A stretch of DNA of 52,832 bases from IMG/VR virus record IMGVR_UViG_3300048853_000118, positions 1-52,832 of that record, one strand, 5' to 3'. A program made the position numbers and the translations under genes. The notes beneath the pieces were generated by a model that saw only the letters and a list, made by a program, of their open reading frames with translations, had not been told where the DNA came from and did not search any database. This DNA comes from a virus (Duplodnaviria > Caudoviricetes). Of the stretch, positions 24,715-33,289 are shown one piece after another (the first letter of the stretch is position 1; each line of letters begins with the position of its first letter).

Positions 24715-25728
24715 TTAAATTGAGATTGTTGCAGTAATTGGAAGGTGATCGGATAGGCCTGAATACCCAGTTTTAGTTTTGTGAAATTTTAATGGTAGCC
24801 CTTTGCTTAGGAACTTTTCGCTAGAGACAATGTGTATCTCATCTTCATCCACATATGGCGTTTCACCTTTCAATAGATTACCACTGATGATGAGATGATC
24901 AAAGTGAAGCCACTTTTTTTCTTGCTCATTGTAATAAGTTCCGGCTGCATCCTTCAGCTCTTTTATTCTGATGTCTACCATGTGACTATGCTTCTCGCCC
25001 ATCAACCTCCACGATGTATTATATAAATGCAAGCGCTTCACATAATGATCAGCCCAGTGCATCGGAGAAATTGCACGAGTTCGGTGTCGATGAGTATTTA
25101 GCCTTTCTAAGCTAGTGTCAAAAGGCTCATCATTAAAGTCGCCTAAGATTAAGACATGGTGGTTATTGGGGTCTTTTTCGATAAAGTCGTAACAATACAT
25201 TCCGAGGTGATCTCCTGCACGCTCGCGTAGCGTTTCCGATGCCTTACTCATCCTAGCTGTCCAATGACATGATATTATTCGGATGATTTTCGATTCATAT
25301 TTAATGTCCAGAACGCCCATCGATCTCGAGTCTTTAGAGAGATTTGGCACGATGATTGGCATGGATTCCTCAAATTCAAAAAAGCCATTATTTTTAGGGA
25401 AAAACATTGCGATGTGCAAGTCTTTCCCTAATACATCTAGAGATGCCACAAAATGGTTGGGGAGAATTCTTCTGCCTAAATCAACTGCTGCGGCTTTCGT
25501 TAGCTCACACATGCAAAGAATGTCGATTTCTCCCACAATAGTAAAAGCTTCAAGAAGAGCATCACTGATGCGTTTCAATTTTTCCTCGTATTCGATTGGC
25601 GTGGCAGGCCATCTTGAGGAATTGATCTTTGAACTTAGTATTTGAGAAGGATCATAGTGAAAGAAATCGAAGCAGTTCCACCACGCTATTCTAAGTTTCT
25701 TTAAGGGGCGTGGCGCTTGAGTGTTCAT
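24715..25728 (-). CDS. Endonuclease/exonuclease/phosphatase (EEP, DNase I fold) protein
   Basis: WWNC, LCMCE, SCHW, LGDFND, FDH, SDHLPI. Confidence 0.9.
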   Translation of the reverse strand: MNTQAPRPLKKLRIAWWNCFDFFHYDPSQILSSKINSSRWPATPIEYEEKLKRISDALLEAFTIVGEIDILCMCELTKAAAVDLGRRILPNHFVASLDVLGKDLHIAMFFPKNNGFFEFEESMPIIVPNLSKDSRSMGVLDIKYESKIIRIISCHWTARMSKASETLRERAGDHLGMYCYDFIEKDPNNHHVLILGDFNDEPFDTSLERLNTHRHRTRAISPMHWADHYVKRLHLYNTSWRLMGEKHSHMVDIRIKELKDAAGTYYNEQEKKWLHFDHLIISGNLLKGETPYVDEDEIHIVSSEKFLSKGLPLKFHKTKTGYSGLSDHLPITATISI

Positions 25729-25987
25729 TATTGGAAAATTGAATGGAATCTCTAGTTAGTAGCAAATTGGCAATTTTCATTGATCAAAGTGCATTGTATT
25801 CTATCAAAATCTGGTCGCACCTAAGAAGGTTTATCAGTCAGGACACATGTTGCATGGTAGTAGACAAATTTGTTTCGTCGCGTCATAGGGTGTGCTTCTA
25901 CAGGGCAGATTGTAATTTGGAAAATCCCGGACGTTCCTTGATCGTCACGCTTTGCTGGTAACCTCCTAGAAATTCCACGGAGAAACC

Positions 25988-26557
25988 ATGTTCGCAGAGC
26001 GCTATCTTAATGCATTAAGCACTTCCAACCTGCAGGACGACGACCAGCACCACCAGACCGAGCCGCTCGTGGCGGCGGCGCTGGCCGACTTGTCCGGCGG
26101 CTCGGGCGAGCTGTTCGGTACCATGCTTCTGCGCGCGAAGATCGCCGGCGTCCCGCGCCAGGCCATCGAGAGCAATGCGCACGACCTGGGTGTGCTGCTG
26201 CGCATTTGGACCCGCGACGTGGCGCACAAGGGCTTCACACGCAAGTGGATCAACATCAAGCACGAGTGGGACATCGGCGCGGCGTACGGCATCTACAAGA
26301 AGATCGCTGTCCATTCGCTGGCGCACTGGCTCGGCGGCGAGTGCTCTGCCTGCAACGGCACGAAGATTATGGAAAGTCGCGCGTGCACGCACTGCGCCGG
26401 CACCGGCCGCGAGCCGATTCAGGGAGGCACACTGGAGCGCGAGCACATCGCTGACATGGTGTCCGAGCTGGAAGGCATGTACCAGGCGCACAGCGCGCGC
26501 GCCGGCGCCAAGATGCGCAGGGAAGTGCGAACCAGTCAGGTCGCAGCCTGCGCCTGA
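25988..26557 (+). CDS. Q-like late antiterminator
   Basis: CSACNG...CTHCAGTG Zn motif; position immediately before late genes. Confidence 0.65.
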   Translation: MFAERYLNALSTSNLQDDDQHHQTEPLVAAALADLSGGSGELFGTMLLRAKIAGVPRQAIESNAHDLGVLLRIWTRDVAHKGFTRKWINIKHEWDIGAAYGIYKKIAVHSLAHWLGGECSACNGTKIMESRACTHCAGTGREPIQGGTLEREHIADMVSELEGMYQAHSARAGAKMRREVRTSQVAACA

Positions 26558-26569
26558 CTGGGCTGCGGG

Positions 26570-26746
26570 TTACTTTTTTAGTCGTTCACGAACCGCTGCT
26601 GCGCTATGGCCGACTTCGGCTACCAGGCGCTCCAGCTCTTCCTTCGTGACGCCGAGCGCGTCGGTCCAGTAGCTGACTTCGTGTGGCTCCTTCAAGCTGA
26701 TGAGGTTTCGATCGGGCGTGCCGCGCTTAGTTGGATCGTCTGACAT
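26570..26746 (-). CDS. DUF3606-like small protein
   Basis: MSDDPTKRGTPDRNLISLKEPHEVSYWT...VG...AVR; GGAGG RBS (not in ORF track). Confidence 0.8.
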   Translation of the reverse strand: MSDDPTKRGTPDRNLISLKEPHEVSYWTDALGVTKEELERLVAEVGHSAAAVRERLKK

Positions 26747-26843
26747 ATGGCCTCCTATAAAAACCTCAGCATGAGCGCGGCATCATTGATGGTCAGTGCG
26801 TAAATTCACTTTTCGCAACAGGAAGATGACATTTGAAATACTG

Positions 26844-26872
26844 TTGTGTTGTGCAGAAAACGGGCGTAAACT
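26844..26872 (+). promoter_or_regulatory. Candidate late promoter pR'
   Basis: TTGTGT-N17-TAAACT downstream of the Q-like gene, followed by a terminator. Confidence 0.45.
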
Positions 26873-26978
26873 ACATTCTTCACATATCCCTCGATCCACG
26901 TAATGCGCGCTTAGGCGCCAACGTCACCCGAGGCAGTCGAGCAGTCCGGCCAGCAGTAAAGCCGGCGCTCGCCTTGAG

Positions 26979-27007
26979 AAAAGCCCACCTTTCGAGTGGG
27001 CTTTTTT
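26979..27007. terminator. Bidirectional intrinsic terminator (tR'-like)
   Basis: AAAAGCCCAC ctttcga GTGGGCTTTTTT. Confidence 0.85.
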
Positions 27008-27055
27008 GTTTGTGAACTCAGTAAGTGTTCGCTTTTACTGCCCCCGAATAGCCGG

Positions 27056-27370
27056 TCAGCTTGCTTGGGCAAAACCAAGGCTTGCGCTCAAAGAGTATGG
27101 ATACTTAACCTCTCCCCGTGAGGCCCACTCTTGATCCGATAGACTGATCACGACCATTTGGTCCTGCGACGCATCGAATTCACTCCCGAAATAGATTTGA
27201 TCGCAGACTGATCGTGCAGTTCCGTCGGCAACTAGTGCATAAAACGAGGACGTTTCCTGCCAGATGCTGCCACCTGCACTGATGTCAGCTACCGCGGCGA
27301 CGAAAGAGTTGTAGCGGCTTTGGTACCTGTTATCTGCCGCAATTCGAAATGTGATGATGAAGGTTGACAT
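27056..27370 (-). CDS. Moron, possible ferredoxin-like (Cas2/VapD-like) fold
   Basis: MSTFIITFRI...RYNSFVAAV...WQETSSFY; AT-richer, reverse strand. Confidence 0.6.
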   Translation of the reverse strand: MSTFIITFRIAADNRYQSRYNSFVAAVADISAGGSIWQETSSFYALVADGTARSVCDQIYFGSEFDASQDQMVVISLSDQEWASRGEVKYPYSLSASLGFAQAS

Positions 27371-27539
27371 ATTTCTAATCGTGTTGTTTAAAAAGAAACA
27401 GTAGCATGTTGCTTCGCCGGTTTCAATCCGCATTGCATACTGTGTTTTACTGACAACATTTACCTGGCGCAGTGCGTCGACTTTAGGCGCCGCCTTTCGC
27501 AGCAATGCGCTGGCGGCTTTTCTATATGTGAGGTGCGCC

Positions 27540-27626
27540 ATGCGCATGACCGTTGAGGAAGAGCTGGCATGGCTGCGCTACACGGTCGAGCGCCAGCGCG
27601 CCGCCAGTACGCAGGCAGCAGCATGA
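27540..27626 (+). CDS. 28-aa peptide
   Basis: GAGGT RBS; MRMTVEEELAWLRY; ATGA overlap. Confidence 0.45.
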   Translation: MRMTVEEELAWLRYTVERQRAASTQAAA

Positions 27627-27973
27627 ACAACATTGCACGCATCTACCGCGCCGAGATCCTGCGCGCCGCCCTCGGGCCTTGCGCCGCACCGGCGCAAGCG
27701 GCCGACCTGGGCCGCCTCAACCAGATTGCCGAGCGCCTCGCTGAGTGCGAGGGCGTGCATGGCATCTTGCGCGCGAAAGGCTATGGTGCCGCCGGCGTAT
27801 CGCTGACGCAGATCGCACGCGATGTGCCCGGCAATACTCCGCAGGTATTAAAAGAGTTGTTCCAGCCGATCTGGCAGTCACAGCCTGCACCATTCGCTGA
27901 ATGGCAGACGTTCAGTACCGAGCAAATCGCGCGTTACTTCGGGGTGCCGGCTGATGCGCTGGGCGGCGAATGA
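27623..27973 (+). CDS. Hypothetical late protein
   Basis: MNNIARIYRAE...; ATGA overlaps. Confidence 0.6.
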   Translation: MNNIARIYRAEILRAALGPCAAPAQAADLGRLNQIAERLAECEGVHGILRAKGYGAAGVSLTQIARDVPGNTPQVLKELFQPIWQSQPAPFAEWQTFSTEQIARYFGVPADALGGE

Positions 27974-28287
27974 AGCTGCAACAGCTCAAGTCGAGCCTGC
28001 AGCCAGCACGGGCGCGGGTGACCATGATGCCCGACCGTCGGCCCGACACCATCGAGCGCAAGCGCGGATCGGCTGGAGTGCGGGACCGCGAACGTATCCG
28101 TGCGCGTGACTGCGGTCTGTGCCAGGAGTGCAAGCGCCGCGGCAAAACTGTGCTGGGCGCCGCGGTCGACCACATCACCCCGCTTTGGAAGGGCGGCAGC
28201 GACGAAGACGACAACAAGGAACTGCTGTGCGTTCCGTGCCACGACGCCAAGACGGCGCGCGAGGCTGCGGAGCGGGCGCGAGGATAG
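27970..28287 (+). CDS. HNH endonuclease (terminase accessory, HK97 gp74-like)
   Basis: RD.GLCQEC...VDHITPL.KGG...N...LCVPCH; upstream of terS. Confidence 0.9.
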   Translation: MKLQQLKSSLQPARARVTMMPDRRPDTIERKRGSAGVRDRERIRARDCGLCQECKRRGKTVLGAAVDHITPLWKGGSDEDDNKELLCVPCHDAKTAREAAERARG

Positions 28288-28293
28288 AACGAA

Positions 28294-28557
28294 ATGCGAA
28301 TCCTGATTACCCAGAAGCGCGCCCTGTTCGCGCACCCGAGCAAGTCCATCACGCACCCACACCATGGGCCGAGCGCTTGGCCATGGTGGCGGCTGCTGGC
28401 CATCAAGGCGTATCGCGCTAACCCGGACATTCCGTTCAAACAGGCCCCAGTCCATCACTGGCTGGTGTGGTTCTACACCAGATGGGGCGCAACCTACTGT
28501 CACGTCGGGCTGGATTGCCGGACGCCCGCGCAGCGCGGTGTCGGCGGCCACGACTGA
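28294..28557 (+). CDS. Hypothetical Trp-rich protein
   Basis: 87-aa ORF filling the gap before terS. Confidence 0.45.
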   Translation: MRILITQKRALFAHPSKSITHPHHGPSAWPWWRLLAIKAYRANPDIPFKQAPVHHWLVWFYTRWGATYCHVGLDCRTPAQRGVGGHD

Positions 28558-28569
28558 GCGGCCGGCGAT

Positions 28570-28650
28570 CCGAAGGGGAGGGGGTATCCCATCCCTGCCG
28601 CCCCTAAGGCCCGGACACCGACTAGCAACTCACGCGCAGAAAAAAGTCCC
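28570..28650. other. Probable cos region
   Basis: G-run GGGGAGGGGG, then GGACACCG...CTCACGCGCAGA, between HNH and terS as in HK97-like phages; exact cut site not determinable. Confidence 0.5.
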
Positions 28651-28667
28651 CCTGGAGGAAATTGTTA

Positions 28668-29123
28668 ATGGCTTTAACAGGCAAAAAGCGAGCCTTCGCC
28701 GATGCCGTTTTGGCTGGGTTCTCCAATAAGGAAGCGGCGATTCGCGCTGGTTTCAGTGAAAAAACGGCATCGGCTGCTGGGTCACGAAATGTTAAAGACC
28801 CGGATGTTAAAGCCTACCTCGATGAGCGGCGCGTCGGCGGAGGTGCTGCGGGCACTGGCGCGAAGATCGGCCCGGCTCCGACGCCGCCCGACAATCTGGT
28901 CGACATCCCGTCGACGACCGATCCGATGGAATTCCTGACGAACCTCATGAACGAGCCGACGGCCGACATCCGCATCCGTGCGGACGTGGCGAAGGCGATG
29001 TTGCCGTTCAAGCACCAGAAACTGGGCGAGGGTGGAAAGAAGGATCAGAAGAACGAAAACGCCAAGAAGGTAGCCAGCCGGTTTGCAGCAGCGGCGCCGC
29101 CTCAGCTCAAGGCAGTGAAGTAA
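28668..29123 (+). CDS. terS: Terminase small subunit
   Basis: LTGKKRAFA...EAAIRAGFSEKTA HTH; GGAGG RBS. Confidence 0.9.
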   Translation: MALTGKKRAFADAVLAGFSNKEAAIRAGFSEKTASAAGSRNVKDPDVKAYLDERRVGGGAAGTGAKIGPAPTPPDNLVDIPSTTDPMEFLTNLMNEPTADIRIRADVAKAMLPFKHQKLGEGGKKDQKNENAKKVASRFAAAAPPQLKAVK

Positions 29124-29133
29124 GGATGACAAC

Positions 29134-30849
29134 ATGGAATGGTCCACCGCCTGTCCGGATTGGGAAGACAGGCTGAAGGACAAACTGTCGATCATCCCGC
29201 CACCCATCTTCCCCGACCAGGCCGAGCAGGCGCTGAGGATTTTCAAGCAGCTCCGGGTTTGCGATCTCCCGAAATCGATCTGGGACGAAAGCCTGGGCGA
29301 GCAGGGCGATTACCGGAGCCCGAACTTCGGCGAGTGTAGCGAGCAGTGGGTGTTCGACTTCGTCGCCGCCATCTTCGGCGGATACGACGCGGAAACCGGG
29401 CAGCAGCTGATTCGCGAGTATTACCTGCTAATTAGCAAAAAGAACACGAAATCCACTATCGCTGCCGGCATCATGCTGACGGCTGTAATTCTCTGTTGGC
29501 GAAGCGAGGAAGAACACCTGATCTTGGCTCCGACCAAGGAGGTGGCCGATAACAGCTTCAAGCCGGCCGCCGCCATGGTGCGCGCTGACGACGAACTCAT
29601 GGCGCTGTTTCACGTGCAGGATCACGTGCGCACCATCACGCATCTGGTCTCGAAGGCATCGCTGAAGGTGGTCGCCGCCGACACCGACACGGTCTCCGGG
29701 AAAAAGTCCGGAAAGGTTCTCGTCGACGAACACTGGCTGTTCGGCAAGCGCGCGAACGCCGAGGCGATGTTCATGGAGGCGCTTGGTGGCCAGGTGTCGC
29801 GAGATGAGGGATGGGTCATTTTCCTGACCACCCAGAGCGACGAGCCGCCGGCGGGCGTATTCAAGGAAAAGCTCAACTACTACCGCGACGTCCGCGACGG
29901 GAAGATCGACGATCCAAAATCGCTGGGCGTCCTGTACGAATATCCGGCGGCCATGGTGAAGGCGAAAGCCTACCTGGACCCGTCGACCTACTACCTCACC
30001 AACCCGAACATCGACCGCTCAGTCAGCGCGGCATGGCTTGCAGATCAGCTCAAGAAGCTGCTGCACAAAACGGATGGGACGCTCCAGATCTTCCTGGCGA
30101 AGCACCTGAACGTGCAGATCGGGATGAATTTGCGGGCCGACCGATGGGCTGGCGCCGACTTTTGGGAGCGCCAGGCGAAAGTCCCGGGCATCACGCTCCA
30201 CGAATTACTCGCGCGCTGCGAGGTGGTCACTGCCGGCATTGACGGCGGCGGTCTGGACGACCTGCTTGGACTGGCTTTCGTAGGCCGCGAGCGCGGCACC
30301 GGCAAATGGCTCGCTTGGACGCGCGCGTGGGCACACCCGATCGCAATGGAGCGCCGCAAGAGCGAAGAGAGTAAGTACGACGACTTCCAGGAGCAGGGCG
30401 ACTTGGTGATCATCGAAGAGCTGCCGGGCGACGTCGCCCAGGTGGCCGCGGTGGTCAAGGAAGTCAACGAGTCTGGGCTGCTCGCCTCGGTCGGCCTGGA
30501 CCCGGAAAAGACCCACAAGGTCATGTTCCAGGCGCTGGTCGACGCGGAGATCGACGAGAAGAAGTGCTTCGGCGTGTCGCAGGGCTGGAAACTGATCGGA
30601 GCGATCAGCGTCACCGAGCGGAAGCTGGCTGAGGGAGTGCTCCTGCATGGCGGACAGGCGCTCATGAACTGGTGCGTCAGCAACGCCAAAATCGAGCCAC
30701 GCGGGAATGCCGCCCTTATCACCAAGCAGGCGTCCGGTACCGGAAAGATCGATCCGCTGATGGCGCTATTCAACGCCGTCCAGCTGATGGCACTGAATCC
30801 AGCGCCCGCGCAAACCACATCAATCTACGACGAGGGCGTAACGATATGA
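29134..30849 (+). CDS. terL: Terminase large subunit
   Basis: ISKKNTKS (Walker A variant), LVDE (Walker B), GIDGG..DD, KIDPLMA. Confidence 0.95.
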   Translation: MEWSTACPDWEDRLKDKLSIIPPPIFPDQAEQALRIFKQLRVCDLPKSIWDESLGEQGDYRSPNFGECSEQWVFDFVAAIFGGYDAETGQQLIREYYLLISKKNTKSTIAAGIMLTAVILCWRSEEEHLILAPTKEVADNSFKPAAAMVRADDELMALFHVQDHVRTITHLVSKASLKVVAADTDTVSGKKSGKVLVDEHWLFGKRANAEAMFMEALGGQVSRDEGWVIFLTTQSDEPPAGVFKEKLNYYRDVRDGKIDDPKSLGVLYEYPAAMVKAKAYLDPSTYYLTNPNIDRSVSAAWLADQLKKLLHKTDGTLQIFLAKHLNVQIGMNLRADRWAGADFWERQAKVPGITLHELLARCEVVTAGIDGGGLDDLLGLAFVGRERGTGKWLAWTRAWAHPIAMERRKSEESKYDDFQEQGDLVIIEELPGDVAQVAAVVKEVNESGLLASVGLDPEKTHKVMFQALVDAEIDEKKCFGVSQGWKLIGAISVTERKLAEGVLLHGGQALMNWCVSNAKIEPRGNAALITKQASGTGKIDPLMALFNAVQLMALNPAPAQTTSIYDEGVTI

Positions 30850-31016
30850 GCTTCATCGACTGGGCGACCCTCGTCGCCGGAATTCTCGGCCTGACGTCTG
30901 TCACGATCGGCGCCGGCATGATCTTCCTGCCGGCCGGCTTCATCGTCGCCGGCACTGGTCTGCTGTCCTGGTCGTACATCGTCGCTCGAGCGCTCGCGCG
31001 CGGCGGCAAGGGGTAA
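30846..31016 (+). CDS. Small two-TM protein between terL and portal
   Basis: Hydrophobic 56 aa, ATGA overlap. Confidence 0.7.
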   Translation: MSFIDWATLVAGILGLTSVTIGAGMIFLPAGFIVAGTGLLSWSYIVARALARGGKG

Positions 31017-31019
31017 CGG

Positions 31020-32264
31020 ATGTTCGCCAAACAGTTTTTCAGCCCGCAGATCGCCACCGGCAACGGTGGCTGGCTGTCCGGCCTGGGCGGCGCAAGGTCC
31101 GATGCAGGGCCACTGGTGACCGTAGAGTCGGCGCTGGCACTGACCGCGGTGCAGGCTTGCGTCACCCTGATTGCGGAGAGCATTGCGCAGCTACCTCGGG
31201 AAATCTTCCGGCGCACGGAAGACGGGCAGCGCGAAGTCGCGCGTGACCACCCGCTGCATCGAATCTTGGCGCACGCCCCGAACGAATGGCAGACGCCGCT
31301 TGAGTTCCTGGAGGGCAGTCAGCTGGCCGCCGGCACCAGGGGGAACTCCTACAGTATCATCGGCCGCGATCCGGATGGCATGGTCACCGGCTTGTACCCG
31401 GTGTCGCCTGATTGCGTGCAGGTGATGAAGGGCTCCGACCTGCGTCCCTACTACCGGATAGACGGGCAAGACCCCATCCCGCAGCGCATGGTGCACCACG
31501 TACGCTGGTGGAGCCTGAACGGCTACGTTGGCGTCTCGCCGATTATGCTGCACGCGAACTCCATCGGCTATGCCCAGGCTCTCCAGCAGTACGCAGGAAA
31601 GTCGTTCCTGAACGGTACGGCGCTGTCTGGCGTAATCGAGCGCCCGAAGGACTCGGCGCCGATCAAAGATCAGGGTGTCATTGATCGGATCACCGACAAA
31701 TGGCAGCAGATGTACGGCGGCAGCGGCAATGCGAAGCGCGTGGCCATGCTGCAGGAGGGCATGACCTTCAAGCCGCTGTCGATGACGAACGTGGACGCGG
31801 AGCTGATCCCGGCCCTCAAGTTGATGGCGCTGGATATCGCGCGCATCTACAAGGTCCCTCCGCACATGATCGGAGAGCTGGACAAGGCGACGTTCTCGAA
31901 CATCGAGCACCAGGCCATCCAGTTCGTCATCTACACGCTGCTGCCGTGGATCAAGCGGCACGAGCAAGCCATGATGCGCGATCTGCTGCTCCCGAGTGAG
32001 CGGGACGAGTATTACATCGAGTTCAACGTCTCCGGGCTGCTGCGCGGCGATCAAAAATCGCGCTACGAGTCGTATGCGATCGCGCGCCAGTGGGGCTGGC
32101 TGTCGGTGAACGACATCCGGCGCCTTGAAAACCTGCCTCCCGTGAAGGGCGGCGACACCTACCTGCAGCCGCTCAACATGGTCGACGCGGCCAAGCCATT
32201 GCCAGCGCAGATGCCAAAGGCCGACCCGGAGGCGGTGGCTGAAATCGAAGGAATCCTCGCATGA
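31020..32264 (+). CDS. Portal protein (HK97 family)
   Basis: AVQACVTLIAESIAQLP, GVSPI, IARIYKVPPHMIG, FSNIEHQ. Confidence 0.95.
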   Translation: MFAKQFFSPQIATGNGGWLSGLGGARSDAGPLVTVESALALTAVQACVTLIAESIAQLPREIFRRTEDGQREVARDHPLHRILAHAPNEWQTPLEFLEGSQLAAGTRGNSYSIIGRDPDGMVTGLYPVSPDCVQVMKGSDLRPYYRIDGQDPIPQRMVHHVRWWSLNGYVGVSPIMLHANSIGYAQALQQYAGKSFLNGTALSGVIERPKDSAPIKDQGVIDRITDKWQQMYGGSGNAKRVAMLQEGMTFKPLSMTNVDAELIPALKLMALDIARIYKVPPHMIGELDKATFSNIEHQAIQFVIYTLLPWIKRHEQAMMRDLLLPSERDEYYIEFNVSGLLRGDQKSRYESYAIARQWGWLSVNDIRRLENLPPVKGGDTYLQPLNMVDAAKPLPAQMPKADPEAVAEIEGILA

Positions 32265-33223
32265 AAAACCGTTTCCGCATCGCCGGCATGATCTTCAATC
32301 AGCCGCTGATGGTGACCGAGGCAATGCTGGACCAGGCTGCGGCCTGGGCTAACCAGCAGATGAGCCTGAACATCGTCAACCTGAGCGTCAATGGCGCCCA
32401 GCCGCAGATGATGGAAGACGATGACGATCGGGCGTATGAAACGGCTGCGATGCGCGCCGAATCGGCCCGACGCCAGCAAATCGCCGACACCGGCGTGGCG
32501 ATCATCCCCGTGCATGGCGTCCTGGTGAGCCGCAGCATGCAGATGAATCCCTGCGAAACCATGACCAGCTACGAGCAGCTGCGCGGCCAGGTGGTCGCGG
32601 CACTCGCGGATCCTGCTGTCGAGCAGATCGCCTTCGACATCGACAGCCCTGGCGGCAGCACCGTCGGTGCCTTCGAACTGGCCGACTTCCTGTTCGAAGC
32701 GCGTAGCGTAAAGCCGATGAGCGCGATCACCCATTACAGCGCCTACTCGGCCGGCTACCTGCTGGCGTCCGCGATCGGCAACGTGTCGATGTCGCGCACC
32801 TCCGGTGTCGGATCGGTCGGCGTGATCGCCAAGCACCTGGATGTGTCGACCCGGAATGAGCAGATGGGCTTGAAGGTGACAACCGTGTTCGCCGGCGCGC
32901 ACAAGAACGACCTGAGCCCGCACGAGCCGCTGTCCGACCAGTCGCTCAAGTTCCTCAACGACATGGTGCAGGGCTACTACAGCCAGTTCGTCGATGCGGT
33001 CGCACGGTACCGCGGAACCAGCGCCGACGCTGTGCGAGGCACCGAGGCCGGAGTGTTCATGGGGCAGCAGGGCGTCGATATCGGCTTCGCCGATCGTATC
33101 GAGACTCCACAAACTGCCATTGACCGCATTGCCGCCCAGGCGCGCGAGGCGCGGGTCGCCCGCAGTACCAAACAATCCATCAGCGCCCGCGCGAAAGCGA
33201 TGGCGATACAAACCCAGATTTGA
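32261..33223 (+). CDS. S49 family prohead protease
   Basis: DIDSPGG, AYSAGY, GSVGV, GAHK. Confidence 0.92.
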   Translation: MKNRFRIAGMIFNQPLMVTEAMLDQAAAWANQQMSLNIVNLSVNGAQPQMMEDDDDRAYETAAMRAESARRQQIADTGVAIIPVHGVLVSRSMQMNPCETMTSYEQLRGQVVAALADPAVEQIAFDIDSPGGSTVGAFELADFLFEARSVKPMSAITHYSAYSAGYLLASAIGNVSMSRTSGVGSVGVIAKHLDVSTRNEQMGLKVTTVFAGAHKNDLSPHEPLSDQSLKFLNDMVQGYYSQFVDAVARYRGTSADAVRGTEAGVFMGQQGVDIGFADRIETPQTAIDRIAAQAREARVARSTKQSISARAKAMAIQTQI

Positions 33224-33246
33224 CCGCGTTCGCGGGACAAGCAACC

Positions 33247-33270
33247 AAGCCGCCTTCGAGGCGGCTTTTT
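33247..33270 (+). terminator. Hairpin/terminator before the capsid gene
   Basis: AAGCCGCC ttcga GGCGGCTTTTT. Confidence 0.65.
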
Positions 33271-33289
33271 CCATTTTAGGAGAGGCAAT

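Noticed and set aside
26880-26975. tRNA gene after Q
   Set aside because: No T-loop GTTCRA or cloverleaf recognisable
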